Shown here: one piece after another, positions 61,566 through 63,283 of the stretch
How the letters are laid out: every line of letters begins with the position of its first letter
Numbering within the stretch: position 1 is the stretch's first letter
Notes under the pieces: model-generated
What the model saw: the letters and a program-made list of their open reading frames with translations, nothing else
Told to the model about the DNA's origin: nothing
Databases searched by the model: none
Position numbers and translations under genes: made by a program
Source of the DNA: Chara braunii
Taxonomy: Eukaryota > Plantae > Charophyceae
Length of the DNA: 63,283 bases
Direction of reading: 5' to 3'
Assembly: GCA_003427395.1 (NCBI GenBank)
Contig: BFEA01000029.1
Location: forward strand, 1,757,567 to 1,820,849

Positions 61566-62400
61566 TCATAAGTGACCTCCCTTCCTCTGATGTGCCGCAG
61601 ACAAATGTTGTCTTCCCCAGAAAAAAACTTTCCTCTCTACAGTTGGCGAAAACACGGGGTTCTGCAGTGGGATCAGACGTGTCCCTGTCGCAGCATCAAC
61701 GGACTCCGCCATCTCATACTCCAAACAATGAGACAAGAACTCCCCATTTACATAAACTGTGCTCCAACAGTTCCCCATGAGATCGCGCACAAGCATCCTT
61801 ATCTCCCCATATTCACAAGGAATGCTTGATGGCACCCAACCCCACCGCGCATCCCGCCTTGCATCATTCTCCTTACACACTCTCTCCCCAACCTGGTTTC
61901 CGTCAGAAATCACCCATTGTTGGTAGCACTCCTCATGATCGTAAAAGAAGTCATTGAGCCGTAACCCCCCCCTTTCTGCCAACGCCTCCCAAAGGACATG
62001 CGTGCTTTTGATCAAATCTAGAAGCGCAACGCCATCATTCAGCCTTGTCAGTCGGTCGGAAATAATGGCAGCCATTATGTACCGCCATGTTGCCGAATTT
62101 GGCGGAGAATAAGGAACCCATGTATCACCGGTCTTGAAGGCAAAGCGCTTGAAAGCAGTGCTGAGCCCCGATCAAGCCTGGCTGCACCTTGCCGGGCTCC
62201 CAGTTGATATCGTACAGGAAATGCGTTCCTGCTTCAGTCTTGGTGATTGTGTCACTCAGAACTGTGCACATCGGAGTGTCTCTGTCGCCTGTCCCTTTGC
62301 CATTATCCGCGTCCTTGGTGCCAGCCACGCTAATGACACCCAAGAGGCCCTCTGATTCCACTTGCAACGTCGATTCCAGGTTCATATCGTTACCTACCAC
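61566..62400 (-). pseudogene. Frameshifted upstream copy of the unknown domain found in 60065-61471
   Basis: YDINWEPGKVQP vs YHVNWVPGVLHP; WGWVPSSIPCEY..VRDLMGNCWSTVYVNGEFL vs LAWVPVVCPMHY..FRDPLGVPFLVTYSDGLL. Confidence 0.7.
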
Positions 62401-62593
62401 CCCTCTCCCATGACTGTGAACGCAGTGCTTCTGAGGACCGTCTCTTACTATGATGTTCGAGATATGTTAATGCAGGTCTTCGCTCGTGCATGCAATAGTC
62501 TCGCCCACCATGTTCGTGGAGACATTTGACTTCTCCATCTATAACACGAGACATGACAGACATGTTGCATAACATGTGACGGCCGGCACGTTA

Positions 62594-62669
<76 letters not shown>

Positions 62670-62754
62670 TACGTGAATCGAGGACATATGTGGCGGTGTG
62701 AGGGTTTGGCGATGCAATATGAACAATATGAACACAGGGAACCCCTGACATCAA

Positions 62755-62971
62755 CACGGTTGAGAACTTGGTGACAGGTATGCCCGGATGCAATGACAAA
62801 GTGTTACTAGACGGCCCCCGCATGCAGGCACACACACACAGGGACATACAATATCAACAGGATCGTGGAAAAAAAAAAAAAAAAAAAATTCCCTCACTTC
62901 GACACAGTTGGGAAGTGGGTGACAGGTATGCCCGGATACAATGACAAAGTGTTACTAGACGGCCCCCGCAT

Positions 62972-63025
<54 letters not shown>

Positions 63026-63100
63026 GGACACACAATATCAACAGGATCGTAAAAAAAAAAAAAAAAAAAAATTCCCTCCCTTCGACACGGTTGGGAAGTG
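62755..63100. repeat. Tandem duplication of about 150-180 bp containing (CA)n and poly-A
   Basis: GGTGACAGGTATGCCCGGAT(G/A)CAATGACAAAGTGTTACTAGACGGCCCCCGCATGCA occurs at 62770 and 62918. Confidence 0.8.
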
Positions 63101-63197
63101 GGTGCCACTTACGCCTGTTTACGGCAACAACGTCTTCAAAATCGGCCCCAATCTCCCAACCTCTACGGCATAGGTGTAAGTTATGTGATACGGTAAT

Positions 63198-63200
<3 letters not shown>

Positions 63201-63283
<83 letters not shown>
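63201..63283. repeat. (AG)n microsatellite; similar AG, CA and GATA tracts punctuate 36671-62670
   Basis: Direct reading of the sequence. Confidence 0.95.

Overview
Repeat-dense eukaryotic genomic window with no intact host gene, several N gaps and two Nextera mate-pair adapter artefacts. The U6-like 5' stem resembles the plant type, so a streptophyte or green-lineage source is plausible, but this is inference only. Left half (1-35.1 kb): nested, mostly degenerate L1/Tx1-type LINEs whose insertion order can be read from target-site duplications, plus small MITEs. One LINE ORF1 is interrupted by an ~8.2 kb segment with no recognisable protein-coding ORF, bracketed by ~200 bp direct repeats. 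This segment holds (i) about 12 hairpins with a conserved AACTTA loop and covarying stems and (ii) a head-to-tail array of about 7 diverged U6 snRNA-like units with altered ACAGAGA boxes, ending in a single T6 tract. Right half (35.1-63.3 kb): a co-oriented minus-strand cluster with a Plavaka-type (CACTA/CMC-related) transposase, a Ulp1/C48 SUMO-protease, several unknown ORFs, ~10 kb of a palindromic ~90 bp satellite, and a protein with a duplicated unknown domain fused to a divergent, partly CENH3-like histone H3 fold. The U6/hairpin element and the transposase + H3 + satellite element are the two best candidates for undescribed systems.
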